This document shows positions 22,293 to 35,600 of a stretch of 64,000 nt of DNA, piece after piece; positions within the stretch are counted from its first letter, which is position 1; each line of letters opens with the position of its first letter. The notes beneath the pieces are model-generated. The model did no database searches. It was not told where the DNA came from and saw only the letters and a list, made by a program, of their open reading frames with translations. The position numbers and the translations under genes are program-made. The DNA comes from Chlorokybus atmophyticus (Eukaryota > Plantae > Mesostigma and Chlorokybus algae): assembly GCA_009103225.1 (NCBI GenBank), contig RHPI01000977.1, positions 2,881 through 66,880 on the forward strand, written 5' to 3'.

Positions 22293-24961
22293 CCCGCAAA
22301 TGGACATTTGACCTTTTCACGCATGCATGCTATTATGATACAGTATGCATGCTATTATGGTAATATCAAGATTGCAACAATACTTACGTTATACAAATTA
22401 CCGAATAGATGCTCCAACACTTGAGTCCCACGCATGCGCTAGCTTCTAGTGGCACAAATGCACGCGAAATCATGCAAAATGCAAGTCTGATGCATTAGCA
22501 CGAGACCACTTGTCAATGATTCACTGGAACTAGCGTACTGCACCATTTCGGTCACATGAGTGACGGGGAGGTAGCGCATGCGCGAGAAACAAGTTTTGCA
22601 GCGGCCAATTGGTATTTGGTAACGTTGAAGTGTTGTGGCAATAACGCCCATGCGAAATGACACACGCCGCGTCACAAGCCATGCTCACCATGGACGGGAG
22701 CACAAGGATGCAATTATGGCCCGCACGCAACCACCAATGACATGGCCACCCAAATCGCCTCGCCCGCCGCGATGTCACACGGAATTTTTTCCACGGACCA
22801 GCCCTGATCCGCACGTACGGACCAGGGCCAAAACGCCAGGGCGGCTTGGGGCCCGGACCAGGGTCGCCCGCCTTGGTCCGAGCGCGGGGACCAAACCTGG
22901 TTCACAAATGCGGGTTTGTCACGCTTGGTCCTCGGGCTCGAACAAGTCCTGGTCCTGGCCAAGAACCGATCAACATTGAAGCAGGACTGGTCCCGTTGGT
23001 AAAATTCGTTGTAGATGATCAATATAGGTACGGACCATGCCTAACTGCAATGTTTCATGAGTTTATAGGGACCATGTGTGAAGCGCTACCGGTCTTTCAG
23101 ATTTCCCAATCGGCTACAGGCTGTAGCCTACAGCCGGACCAGCATGAGAGATTGGCCGGCGGCGGCTAAAAATGGTGTGCTTAGTTGACAGTTTAACTTT
23201 AACTATACTTTTACAACTAACTGCGGTCAGCTGCAGCAATCACGCAGCAGCTGACCGCCGTCAGGCCGCCGCTGCTGGTGGCCTGGCAGGCGGCCTGGTG
23301 CTCCACACATAGAGCACCAGGCGACGCTGCTGGCCTGGTCATGCTGGCCTGGTTGCGACCAGGCCAGCATGACCAAGGCCAAGGGCTTGGCAGTCGCTTG
23401 CCCATAGGCATGGCCATGAACTTCTACCAACGCCGCCGCCGCAGTTGCAAGCCTGGTCAACAGCATGCACCGGGACACAAGCACATACAATCTCCCAAGG
23501 CCCCTCATGCAGGTCTGCTGACGCCTAAGCCACACATACACACCATCAGGCCGTGAATCACCCACCGCTAACAGCAAGCAACAATTACGCATGCACGTAA
23601 ATAAGCAGTAAAATAGTAAAATAAAGTGGGTACAGCGTTAATTTGACATGTAAACAAATAGTGCGACATGCATGTCCTGCATTTGATGTACACTACTGTA
23701 GCGTCAACCCTTTATGTATTAAGCAGCAGCTGCAAGTAGTCTTTAAGTGATGCTAGTGACACTAGCTGAATCCGTGTGATTAGCACATGCTGTTGAGCAC
23801 GCATGCGCGCAATCACGCTCGTTTCTTACCAGCTGCCCCAGCCTTGTGTATCTTCACTGAGTGCTGCACCTCCTGCGTATGCGGGCTGCCAGAGACGGTA
23901 ATCGCGAATGCAAGCATGTTCACTCGATGCGCATGTGTGCGTGGGACAAAGGGATATGTTGTTGCACGGTGGGCATACATATGCATGTGTTTCTATATGT
24001 GTGACTGAGCACGTGCTACATGATATGTGCGTGGGCTCAACTGTTCGCAAGCATGTGTGCGACCTTTGAGATGAGGTTGTGCAACCAATGCGCAAAGGAC
24101 GTCGTTGATGTGTGAGTGTGTATAGGCAGTGAAGTGTCGCTGTCTGCGTGTGCACGCCTGCGCAAGCGTGCAAAGGTTTGTGACTGTCATTGTGTGCTTT
24201 ACTCGTGCGGTTGCCTGCATGTGTGCGGAACTGTTGGTATGAGTATGTGCGCAAGTGCGTGTGCGGGACTGTTTACTTATGTGCAACCGTTGTTGTGAAT
24301 GTATTGCATGTGTGCAACTGTGTGTATGCAACAGTTCGTATGTTTATATGCGTGTGACTATTGCGTAAACATGTGCATGTGTGCAGCTGAACGTGTGCGA
24401 GCGTTCATGCATGCGTGTGTGCAATTGTTTATATGTGCAAGTGCACATATGTTCATGTGTGCTTGGGTACATGACCTTATGCAGAACTCACATTTGCCAC
24501 CATTCAACGGAGACCAGCCTTAGCTCTGCCATTAGCGCAGACTCATCAGCAGCGCCGCGAGTGGACACCAATGTCACCGCTCCTTGCTGCACCACCATCA
24601 CATGGGAGTGGAGCGTGAGTTACAAACCCTTGAGCTCAACTTCCAACTCGCTTGCTTGTGAGCAGGCACATGTCTGCACATACAGGGGTACAGATGTATA
24701 GTCGAATAGAGCTGTGCGCAATTACAAACATAAAGCACACACCAACGTGCTGCTGCAAGCACGAAGGACAAGTTAGTCGTCGTATCGTGCTCCTTGACCT
24801 GTCGTGGGAGGCACATTCTGCATGAAGGCCTGAGAGAGGGGCGGGTGCAGTCTGCATACCTGCACAAGCGCATAAGCGTGTGCATGTGCGTATGCGCGTT
24901 GCAGAAGGAGGAAAGGGGNTGGGGGGGCAGCTGCTTCAATACATAGTGTATGCCGGACTGT

Positions 24962-25745
24962 CTCATAGGCCGCACTGACCAGTGCGGCCTATGAGCCAGC
25001 CGATAGTATCTGCTCATAGGCCGCACTAACCGGTGCGGCCTATGAGCCAGCCGATAGCATCTGCCTTAAAGACCGCACTGGACAATGCAGCCTGCGAGGC
25101 AGTTGCTATTCGTCTATATCTCAATTATAACAAGTTTGGGTACGTGCGTGCATGTCTGCATGACAAAGAGCCCATGAAAGAGAGTAAGAGAGTGTACGAG
25201 AATGCATGCTTGCACGCGCATGCCCATATGCGTGCGCGCACGCATGCGTAGGCGCGCACACATCCTCCCTCTCGCCCTTCCCCCTCTGCTCACCTCAGGT
25301 GCAGGCTGCGATTTAGCTTTGAAACCTCGTTGTAGCCCCCCCCGGTCCCAAGCGCTCTGAAGAGCAGCAGCGGCAGGCTGCCCCCACCAACGGTGACGCA
25401 CTGATGCAGCATGAGATCACCACCGCGCTGCCAACCTTGCGCCCACCCTCTAAGGCGGGCTGGGAATGTTTGTGTCGGGGACAGGTAAGTAAGCATGTAC
25501 ATACATGTGGAGTTGTCTAGAACCACAAATGTGCGGTCTGTGCAACCACCTCATAGGCTGCACTGGACAGTGTTGCCTATGAGGCCGCTATGGCAACCGC
25601 CTCATAGGCCGCTTTGTACAGTGCAATCTATGAGCCCCATTCAATTAGTGTATGCATGTGTGTGTCATGAAGAGAACGCGTGTACTTGAGGGCGCATGCA
25701 CATATGCATATGCGCGTGCACATGCGTATGCACGCACATATCCCT

Positions 25746-25792
<47 letters not shown>

Positions 25793-27390
25793 NAAGTCCA
25801 GCAGATGCATTCATGCGTCCATTGCAGCGCCCCCCGCTCTCGGACCGGGCGCTTTTAGAAGAGAGCTTCTAGAAGAGAGCAACATCGGGCTCCCCACCAA
25901 CAACGACGTCCCGAATCACCTGTGCAGTGACTGTTTTAGACGCGTGCACATTGCGTGTGAATGCGCACAGTCACGCCTACACACGCCTAGCACAGCCGCA
26001 CGCATATATGTGTGGTAGCGCACGTGCACACCGTAAGTTGGTGTGTATACAACATACGCGCACACGCGCATGCGTAAACATGCACACGCATGCGCGCGTG
26101 CATTCAAGCATTGTGGGGTGGACCTCATGCACAAGTATACACGTGCTCACATGTAGCCACCTATGACTTTTGGAATTCATAACCTGGCATCGCTGGCTCA
26201 TAGGCCGCGATGGTCAGTTCGGCCTATGAGGCAGCCTCATAGGCTGCACTAGATAGTGCGGTATATAGCCCAACGCGTGCGTGCGTGCCAAAGAGAATGC
26301 TTGTGCGGACAGTGCACATGCCTGTGTGGACAGTGCGCATGCCTGTGTGGACAGTGCCGTCTATGAGCCCAATTGTAAGCTTGTGCGTGCACATTCACAC
26401 ACAAGCATTGTCCCATCAATCCACACACGCACACGCGTATGCACGCAAGCGCTGAGGTGCATGCGCTTACTCATGCGCATGCGCACACACACTCATCGCA
26501 CCTTAAAAGATGGTGGAGAGTGCAGACAGCTGGGGCAAGGTAGTGCCTATATATGCAAAGCCGTGCACTACCAACTTGTTCTTTGTTCTCTTCCCAAGCG
26601 GTTGCTGACTGCCAGCTTGGGAGACAGTCCGCGTACCTACGCGTAAGCGTAAGCGCATGCACGTGTGCGCATTCACATGCACGTGTTGTATGTGTTGCAA
26701 TGGTTGAGTACTTCAATTTGACACACACACACACACACGTGCGCACGCGCACGCACATACACACTGAGCGGGACTGCAGCAACCGCCTCACAGGCTGCAC
26801 TGAATAGTGCCTATGAGGCGGGCTCATAGACTGCAATGTTCATAGCAACCGCCTCATAGGCTGCACTGAACAGCCTGTGAGCCCGCCTCATATGCACTAT
26901 TCAGTGCAGCCTGTGTGAGGCGGTTGCTAACAGTCTCATGGGCTGCACTGGATAGTGCCGTCTATGAGCTTATTTTCAGTTGTGTGTATGTGTGTGCATG
27001 CATTCGCGACGAAAACACATCGATACTTGCACACGCAAATGCGCACGCACACTCCTCCTTCCCCTCCCCGTTCCCCTTACCCGTCCACTTACCTTGATGT
27101 TTAGCAGGTGCACCTAAGTGCAGCGCCCCCCGTTCCCATGCCTTACGAGAATAAGCAGCATCAGGTTTCCCCAACAGCGCCCCGGATTACCACTGCGCTG
27201 CTGCTCTTGTGCGGCGTCAAGAGCAGGCCCTCCGCGGCAACTAGCAACGCTTGTGTTGGGGACATGCGCATCTGTACGTGAAGAAATAGAGTTGCCAAGA
27301 GTCTCCGGGGGGGGGGGGNCCGTTCACATGCATAGCGTATATACAAAACTCCCTCATAGACTGAACTGTCCAATTCGGTCTATGACGCAG
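24962..27390. repeat. Dispersed 34-bp palindromic repeat family CTCATAGGC(C/T)GCACTG-nn-CAGTGC(G/A)GCCTATGAG, about a dozen copies
   Basis: Perfect copy at 24962-24995; next at 25013 (51-bp period); degenerate copies near 25064, 25550, 25600, 26196, 26235, 26786-26965 and 27353. Confidence 0.85.
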
Positions 27391-27668
27391 TGGACAGCAA
27401 GCGGGTGCAACAAGTGCGTGCATGTGTGTACCGTGGACACATGACATGACATGACGTGTATGCGTGCGTTCTGAAGAGCACATGCATGCGCTTGCACATG
27501 CGCGTGCGTATGCAACCACGTATCCTCCCCCTCGCCCTTCCCTTTCCCATCTGCTCACCTGCTGTTCATCATTTGCATGGGCTCACTGCTGGCTGGTAGC
27601 ATGCATCCTGCAGAAGCATCTGGCAAAGTGCAAAGGCGTTGTGAAGTCTGAGCAAACAACATTCATAC

Positions 27669-28087
27669 CTGCTTGCAGAAGCCAGGGTTGGGTCGGGCCT
27701 AAGAATGCCGCAGCCGCATTGTAACCAATGCATCTGATCCACATTATCACGTCACTTGAAGCCAAAGCTACAACATCATCAGCTGGATTGCTGACACCAA
27801 AATGGTATCACAGGCTCACGAGCAAAAGCCAAGTGCTCCGTCCTCATCATGTACGCTAAGATCACGGAAGCACTGCAAGCGACAGTGTTACCGTACATAA
27901 TGCTGGGCTTGGCAGGTGTACATAACAAGACACACCTTTTGAAAACTCCCGCAAGGCAGTGCACGAGGCATCCGCCCTTTTCAACGCCCTGCGCAACGAA
28001 GTTGACTGCCAGCGGCTTCGGGCAGCCGCAACAGCCAATTTGCATTTGACATGTCCCAAAGCGGGATGCGCAAAAGGTGCATAGGCT
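27669..28087 (-). pseudogene. Dual-specificity protein phosphatase fragment
   Basis: DMSNANWLLRLPEA.., AVNFVAQGVEKGGCLVHCLAGVFK|intron|SASVILAYMMRTEHL, ...RPNPGFCKQ. The HCxxGxxR Arg is replaced; frameshifts present. Confidence 0.65.
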
Positions 28088-28213
28088 CTGCATGCGGTTC
28101 ACATCACAACTTCAGTCAGCTGCTTAAGTTAGAAAGCAAAAGCAGGCATGCACGCATAATCAGGCGGGCAAGTAAAGAGGTAAGCAGTAGCAAGCCAGCA
28201 TGCAAGCTGACGA

Positions 28214-28281
28214 AGTACGAGCGCGCAATGCGATTGCGCGCTCGTACTAATCTAGCTGGGTTGAGTCAACCCAGCTAGATT
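28214..28281. repeat. Two abutting perfect hairpins
   Basis: AGTACGAGCGCGCAAT-gcg-ATTGCGCGCTCGTACT followed immediately by AATCTAGCTGGGTTGA-g-TCAACCCAGCTAGATT. Confidence 0.9.
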
Positions 28282-29685
28282 GAATGCGCGCTCATGGCCA
28301 GCGATTTATGCGCAAGCAAAAGAAGCAAGTGAAAGCACGCAATCAACCTGATCGTGCCTGCGATTTACCGTGAACAGCAGCCTTCTATACTACCGTGGCT
28401 GCTGCTGGAAACTGTGTTGTTATGCAAAAACGCAGCAGCAACAGGCGCAAATACAAACACAACCACAAATACACAAATACAAAAGAATACATAACAGTGC
28501 ATCAACGGCCAGCAGCACCGGCAGCAAGAGCCGCTTCCTCCAGCACTAGCTGCTGAACCAGCTGTTGTACCAATGCTAATGCTAGAACTACAAACTGAAC
28601 AGCAAGCAACAAACAGTGCATAAAGTTTGAATGCAATGAAGCTTCAACACCACCGTAAGTAAGCACTTGGTGGGCATACCCTCAGCACCGCCGCCTCCGG
28701 CGCCGCCTCCAGCTCCAGGTGCTTGCCGCTAACATCCAAGAACGACGCAAGCAGTGCCTCAGTGCGAGCCATAGTGACTAGGGTTTCGTTAGTGGATAAG
28801 TACAGTTCATACTTACCGCTCTGCTGACGTGTATCAGATCGCAGCATACTGTCGCTGCAAAGCATCGCAGATTACACTGTACGACGCGCGGTACGTATCA
28901 TGTCTGGTTCTCGGAGACCGCTAGTGTACGAACCAGGCTCTAAGTCGTACACAGCGTACAGTATTTCTCCGCTGGTTCGCAAGCTGCGGGGGGCGCGACC
29001 AGCCCAAGTCCTGCCGGTTGTACCGCGTACGGTACCAGTGCTGCACTGGTGCATAAGCCGCGGAGCACGCGACCAGCCCTGGTCCGGTCAAACGGACCAG
29101 GCTGTCCGGCTCCGGGGCCGGACCACTGGTGGTCCGGTCACGCCGGATCAGTCGCGGCACCGGTACGCTACAACGTACCAGACGTGGTCTGCGGGCTGCG
29201 TACGACTGGTCCGCGTAAAAATCCCTGTGTGTATTCATGATAATCAGAAACAACGCAAGGCTCGCTGACAGTCAGAAAGCCAGAGGCCTTCCCTATGGCA
29301 GATTGCAGGAAATGGTCGGTCGAGATGGATGCTCGCGTCGTACGTAGGCCATGAGTAACGTGTGAGCATGGGTGAACTGGGGTGATCGACAGCCGTGGTG
29401 TCTGTAAGTTTATCGTTGATTGTCGGCGGTGTTGGTAAGGTGAACAGCGTAAGTTAACGCCCGTTTACGAGCGGTGTTGCATCAACGATCGACTGTGTGC
29501 GTTGTTGGTTGTCGTTTGCAGTCGCCGTTGCTCACGGCAAAGTATATCACTGTCGTCGATGCGGAGGCGCCGGTGTACCCTGATATCAGCTTATGCCAAC
29601 GGTGGTGGTATTCGAATTTGCAAGTGCAGATGAGGCGGGGTGTTTGCAGTGTTGGCTGGGCTGTGTGTTGTGGGCGGCGGCGTCG

Positions 29686-32600
29686 ATGGCGGATGATGCT
29701 AGTCTAGCGTCGCTTTTGGAGGAGCAACGACAGAAGCTCGAGTTGATAGAGGCGGCGAGGAAGGGTCGCAATACAAGCCAGCGTGACTANATGACTATGC
29801 CAGGCGCCGCCGTGAGGAAGATAAGAATTACATTCAGCAGCTGAAGGAAGAGTGTGGGCTGGTGAAGTCTCGGATGAACGCAACTGGCGTGTTTCTGCAT
29901 GCATTGACATGTGGGAAGACTTGGAGATGGCAAGGAGATAACCTTGTTTTGGTTCAGGTGCGTGTGGAGGGTGCAGCGTATCACACCGATTGACGTCAAA
30001 GGACCATAAGTGGTCCGTACTCTCGAACCGGGATTTTCCCCTGCTAAGTGAATTCCGTGGACCATGTCTGGTTGGACTGTCATTGACAGTCCGACCATGC
30101 ATGGTCCAAAACTCACGTGAACGGTCCCATGTTTTTTTGGGGTCGCACCATGTCTGGTCCGGCCTGTTTACGGTCGCATCAGGACCAGGTACGAGCCAGT
30201 CAGCGGACCAGGGACTTACCAAAAACATTTAGTTTAACAATCATTACTGGTCCGGCCAGCGGACCATTGACCGCAATATTTATTCATAAGCATTAGATGT
30301 AATACAAATGACGGAAAAGTGCTCTATCTTGAGCCGGCAGCACCGGCCACGCCCGACCCGCGGGGCCGCAGGCTGCAGCGCAGGCCGCGGCGTCTTAGAC
30401 GTGATTAGTGAAGAACGCATGCATCCACCGAGAGTCGAACCCAAGACCTTTGGAATACAAACACGACACCCTAACCACTAAGTTACATGTGCACGTACCG
30501 GTAGGGGCGTTGCAGTACTTGCATAATAGACTGCACCGACGGCCGCTTGGCGACTGTCGGCGGCGGAAATTGCACAGGAAGTCGGCGTTGTGAATTGACA
30601 GGCCCATAGGCAGTGCATGCGCTATCAATGTGCATAGGCTGTACCAGTACTAATCCACGGTATCACATTATTTTACGTCATTATTGACACAGGCAGCCGC
30701 AATTCGGCGGCTGCCAAGGTGTCTAAACTATAATGCTTTGTTGGGGGCTGCTCATGAGTATGTAACCTTGTTTGGGGTTGTCAATATCCTGCTTGCGTGC
30801 GCATACACACACTTACATGTGTACATATGTATATATATACGTATCAACATACGTATATATATACATATATACGTTTACATGATATAAATACGGGACGACG
30901 AGCATTGCGGCACCAATGTAGGTATCTACTAGCTGATTGGACACAATGTTTGGTCGGGGCTGTCAATCATTCTGCGGTCTCATAAAAGGCTATTTTAATA
31001 AGTGACATGACTTATGTATACTTCTTATACATATGTTTACATGAGACATACCTTGTACACGGCTCACCCCATAATACGGCTAATATAGCCATTTGAAATG
31101 CTTAAAAATTTTGCCCCATCCATTTGTGCACACGCTAACGTTTATATATACGTATTATATGATATATTTTTAATCTTCATATATACGTAGATACTTAGAT
31201 GAACGCATAGAACATAATAATGGTGCATGTTCACAGATTGTTGAAAATACACGTACGGTACTATGAAGTATGTTAATTGCATAGACAGCCCCTTACAGCT
31301 GAATTGACAGCCGGCTGGCTGTCAATCAGCCGCCGACCATTTGCGGCTATCCACTTGCGGCTGTCCACGGGTGTATAGCCGACAGTCGGTGCGGCTTGTC
31401 AACTAACACGTTAAGTGCACTTGTGCAATCAGGTATTTAGGCAATCTATTGTACCTTACGTAGGTTGGTGCTACCTACTCATGATAGCGGCAGGGCCGCG
31501 GTCACTGGTGCGTGCCGCAACGGACATGGTGCGGCGCGGACCGTGCGGCACCATGTACGGTGCGTGCTACAGTGTAGTAGGGCCACAGGACTGCGGGACC
31601 GCACCTGGTCCGCGTTCAAGGGCCAGGATACATACTGGTCCGTGCCGCACCATGGATGGTGCGGCACGGACCATGCGTGGTGCGCGTCGCCGCGCCAGCC
31701 ATTGACGGGCCGCGGGGCCCCGAATGGAACAGGAACGGTCCGTCCCCCGCGGACCAGGTAGTCCCAGCCCGCGGGGTACGGATCATGCATGGTCCGGGGG
31801 GTCCGTGAAAGGACCATGCATGGTCCTTCAACGTCAAGCCGTGTGTATGTTCATGCGTGTGTATTGTGTGTATCGTGCATTGTCTCCACTTGTGACTGCG
31901 GTTTGATTTGGCAGCTGATATGGATGAGAAGTGTTTTGTGCTCTACATACTGACTCTAATGTATTGTGTGAGCAGGATACCTTGCCATCTCCTGGTGGCG
32001 CACCTCTTGGACTATGTGCGCAGGTGAGGTGCGGTTGCATGCTGCATGCTGCGTAGCACTGTAGTTGGCTGCAAACCCGTGCTCAATGGTGCATGTTGCA
32101 GGAGAATGATGTTGAATTGGCTCTGTCGTCGTCTGACGAGGAGGAAGATCAGGAGAACATCCATCAAGTACTTTCGCAGCGTAAGAAGCAGAAGCAGCAT
32201 CATGCGCCTCATCAGCAGCAAGTACCACCAGCCTCTGCACTGCACCAGACACCGCATGGCAATGTGCGCCATGATCAGAATGGCAACCGTGTCGTGTTGG
32301 GACCGGCCATGTCTCGGTTGAACACAGCGAGAGGCGTGCCTAAAACGCCCAAGACACCACTTGGCACCTTGCCAGGTGGGCGCTTAGCTTAGCCTGATTT
32401 GCTTTGCTAGGCGGTACCCTGAGAGACCATGAATCATGTGTAGTAGATGAGACGATGTTGTATACCTATTGCCTAAATGTGGATTTGAGAACTAGTTTCC
32501 ACAGCTTGATGCATGTGTTGTGTGCAGACCAGGTTCGTCGTGCCAGCGTGCATGCGGATGATGCGTACAGACAGACCCGTGTGTTCAGCCAGCTGGAGGT

Positions 32601-35600
32601 ATAGCGGGAGTGGGGGGCATGCAAACAAGTAAACATGCTGTGTAGTTGATCCTTCAATGCACAGTCATCTTGTCAGCAGCTTGTGTTAGGTTTGATGTAT
32701 TGGCGTTCGATGTAGAAAATGGGGATGTGGTCTGTAGATTTGCCAGGCATCCATACTCAAGTCACCATGTGGAATGGCAGAGTGGTATGAACAGGTGTCA
32801 TTATAGTCTACATCACTATGTATGTAAGCATGTTTTCAACAGTAGTCGGCAGATTGCGAAATAGGGGACTACAGCCATATGAAAATATATGCTCTGGGCG
32901 CCCAACCACTGTGTCTACGCAGTCAGCGACTATACAAGTTCAGAGTTTGAGGGCGGAGATGGCTTCAGTCAAGCAGGGGAGAGATCGTGTACAACGCGAC
33001 TTGGATGCGGCGCTGGAGAGGCTGCGTGTCATGGAATCAAGCGGCAGCTCCAACACCAACACTGCCTTGCAGAATGCCTTGCAGGAGTTGCTGCAGTTGC
33101 GCACACAATGCGAGGTTGGTGTTTGCCTAATCCTGTTTGTATGGTGTATATTTGGGTTTGACTTACCTCTGGCTTGCATGGTGTAGGACTTGCGAGATCA
33201 GCTCACACAGAATGTATGTCAAGATGCTTAACGCCGCGCAGAGTCCGCACGGGCTGTTGGGGAACTGGAAGAGGAGTTGGATGCAATGACCCTGCATGCC
33301 GAGGTGAGTGGGTGCACAACCTTGCATGCAATAATATATTGACTATCAGAGGCCTCTATGTCCTGAAGTCGAACATATCACCAGGTGTTGGAGACCAGGG
33401 TGGGCGAGGAAGTGGACGCTTATAACGCTGAGAGGAGACACCGGCTGCAGGTGGAGTGCAATCTGTCAGGATACCGTGGCAAGTTAGTGGAGCTGGAGGA
33501 CGTGATCGCTGGTCTACGTGAGACTGTGCGCACAAACAGGGCGTGCCATCCATCGCAGCACGATGCACGTGTGGCGGACGAGGTGCGCCAGCTCTATGAG
33601 GACGATGTGCAGCGAGCAGCCAATGAGGACTGTCACGAACCTGTCGCATGTGCGGTGAGAGATGTTGCATCCCAGTTGCTGCAGAGGGATGCCGTTGTAT
33701 TCCTGACTGCAGTAGCAGTCAAGTACAATATTGCACCTGCGCGTGTACTGCTGCGTGCTGTGAACCAGCGCTTACCGGGAGCGGGTGTGGTAGTGACCGG
33801 CGCCAGGCAACAGGGTACACTTATGATTGCTGCTTGGGCCGATCCTTTGGCATGCCTGTTGCGCCATGGGATGAGGGTTACTGAGGTGCCGGCCAGCACA
33901 CAGCCAACTCGTACGGGTACCAGCGCGGTTGATGGCGACCAACTGCCTGCTGCGGTACTTCGTCACCTGAACAGGGTTATGGAGGCGGAGAGGCAACGGC
34001 ATGTCGAGCGCAACAGACAGGACCCTGATCTGCGCTGCGTGAATTGGCAAAAGGAGTGGGAGAAATGCGGACCTGTAGCGCGACAGTTGATGGGCACACT
34101 GACTGGCTACAGTCAGATGGAGCGATTGCCATCTCCTGGTCCCAAACGGGCTCGTGCTTTAACAATCCTGCGCAATAAGACCGTGTTCCTGATGCACTGT
34201 GCATTGTATGCAAGGAGCAAGTTTGCATACTCTCCATTGCATTTGGCGGTCACGGACGAGGTGGACACACATTCTGAAGGGAACAAGTTAATCAGGACCC
34301 TCAACCGCCTGGGTGTGACAGTAAGCCGAAGCCACATCGACCGACACATACACACCAGGGCGCTTCACAATCTGAACAGCATCGCTCGATTGCAGCCCCG
34401 ACCTGGTATACATGTGCTGGCATCGATTGATAATCTAGACATAAAGGCAGGCCACCAGGCACGCTACAAAGGCAGGAAAGCAGGAGACATCCATGCCACT
34501 TCAACTCAGCTTACCTCGACAGCCGCTCGGATGCTTCCAGAACAACTGACTCTGCAGGTGAGTTGTCAGACAATGGTGATCAGGGAGACCCATTACTGCG
34601 AGTACAGGTCAGTCAAACCCGCATCTTGTGGGCAATTCATGTACTCATTGTTGGTGTTGTTGCAGCCATCGAGGAATCGCACGCTGGCAGAGTCACTGGT
34701 GGCTGAGCCGTGCGTCAACAATATGACTCCTCCTGCGCCCATGCAGAGAGCACCAGTTGTTGTGCGGAGCGATCCAATCTTGAACTTAATGCCCGAGGAG
34801 GTTGCGGCACTCGAGAGTTTCCAAAAAACGTTACACAATGCCGTGTTGATGCGCATGCAAGAGCCGGACCAAACATGTTTGCCAACACTTAAGGAGGATT
34901 GGGCACGGTGGCTGCAACTGGCCACAGGCAGAAGCACTGAAGTTGCCAACGACATTGAATACCTGCCTGTGTTGCCTTTCTGCCCTGACAATATAGAGAA
35001 CCTCAAGTTTGCGCTCTTGCAACTGCGCGCCAAGGTTGGCATCACGGATTCAACAAGCAAGATCTGTGTTACTGGGGACCAGAAGACGTTTGCCCTGATG
35101 CAAGCACTAAAAAGGGCAGAGCCGGGCTACTGGGACTGGGTGGTGCCTTTCCCTGGCGATTTCCATGTTCTGATGAACATGCAGCCCGTCATTATGAAGA
35201 TGGCCTGGGACGCTGGTCTCGATGCTATGTCCTTGGAAGCCGGTTTTTCTGCAGCCACGGCACGCAATCACTTAACAGACGGCTCTCATTGGAAGAAGAT
35301 ACACAATTTTCTGTGTAAAGTCTTGGAGGCACTGTACAGACATATGTTCAAGTTGCGGCAGCAGGCAGAAACCGCAGAAATCAAGAACTTGTGCAGAGCT
35401 GACCTGGAGGAGAACGTGATCAATGCCTCAAACTCTGCTTCCTTCTTCCGCGAATGGTGCGAGGGTCAGTGCAAGACCGATCATACCTGGCAGTTCTGGT
35501 GGAACTTCGTGAGCCGTGATATGCTGCATTACTTTGGGCTATTTTGTGGTGTTCGCCAGAAGATCTGGCATCTCCGACTGGCCAGCTGGAAGGGTCTGAG

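Noticed and set aside
23220-24700. Exon-like minus-strand segments (LHEGPWEIV..., ASELEVELKGL...)
   Set aside because: Interrupted by stops, with no recognisable domain and no assemblable gene model.
24962-25100. CRISPR-like repeat-spacer appearance
   Set aside because: The 17-bp spacers are near-identical, the context is eukaryotic and there are no cas genes; it is a tandem palindromic repeat.
29780-29800. Frameshift in exon 1 of the transposase gene
   Set aside because: Coincides with an N and a duplicated gacta, so it is probably an assembly artefact; poly-G/C tracts with N at 24919, 25793 and 27319 are likewise of unreliable length.
29982-31845. GGWCC clusters as targets of the neighbouring C5 MTase
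   Set aside because: No specificity can be read from the sequence; subterminal repeats are more simply transposase-binding sites of the nested element.
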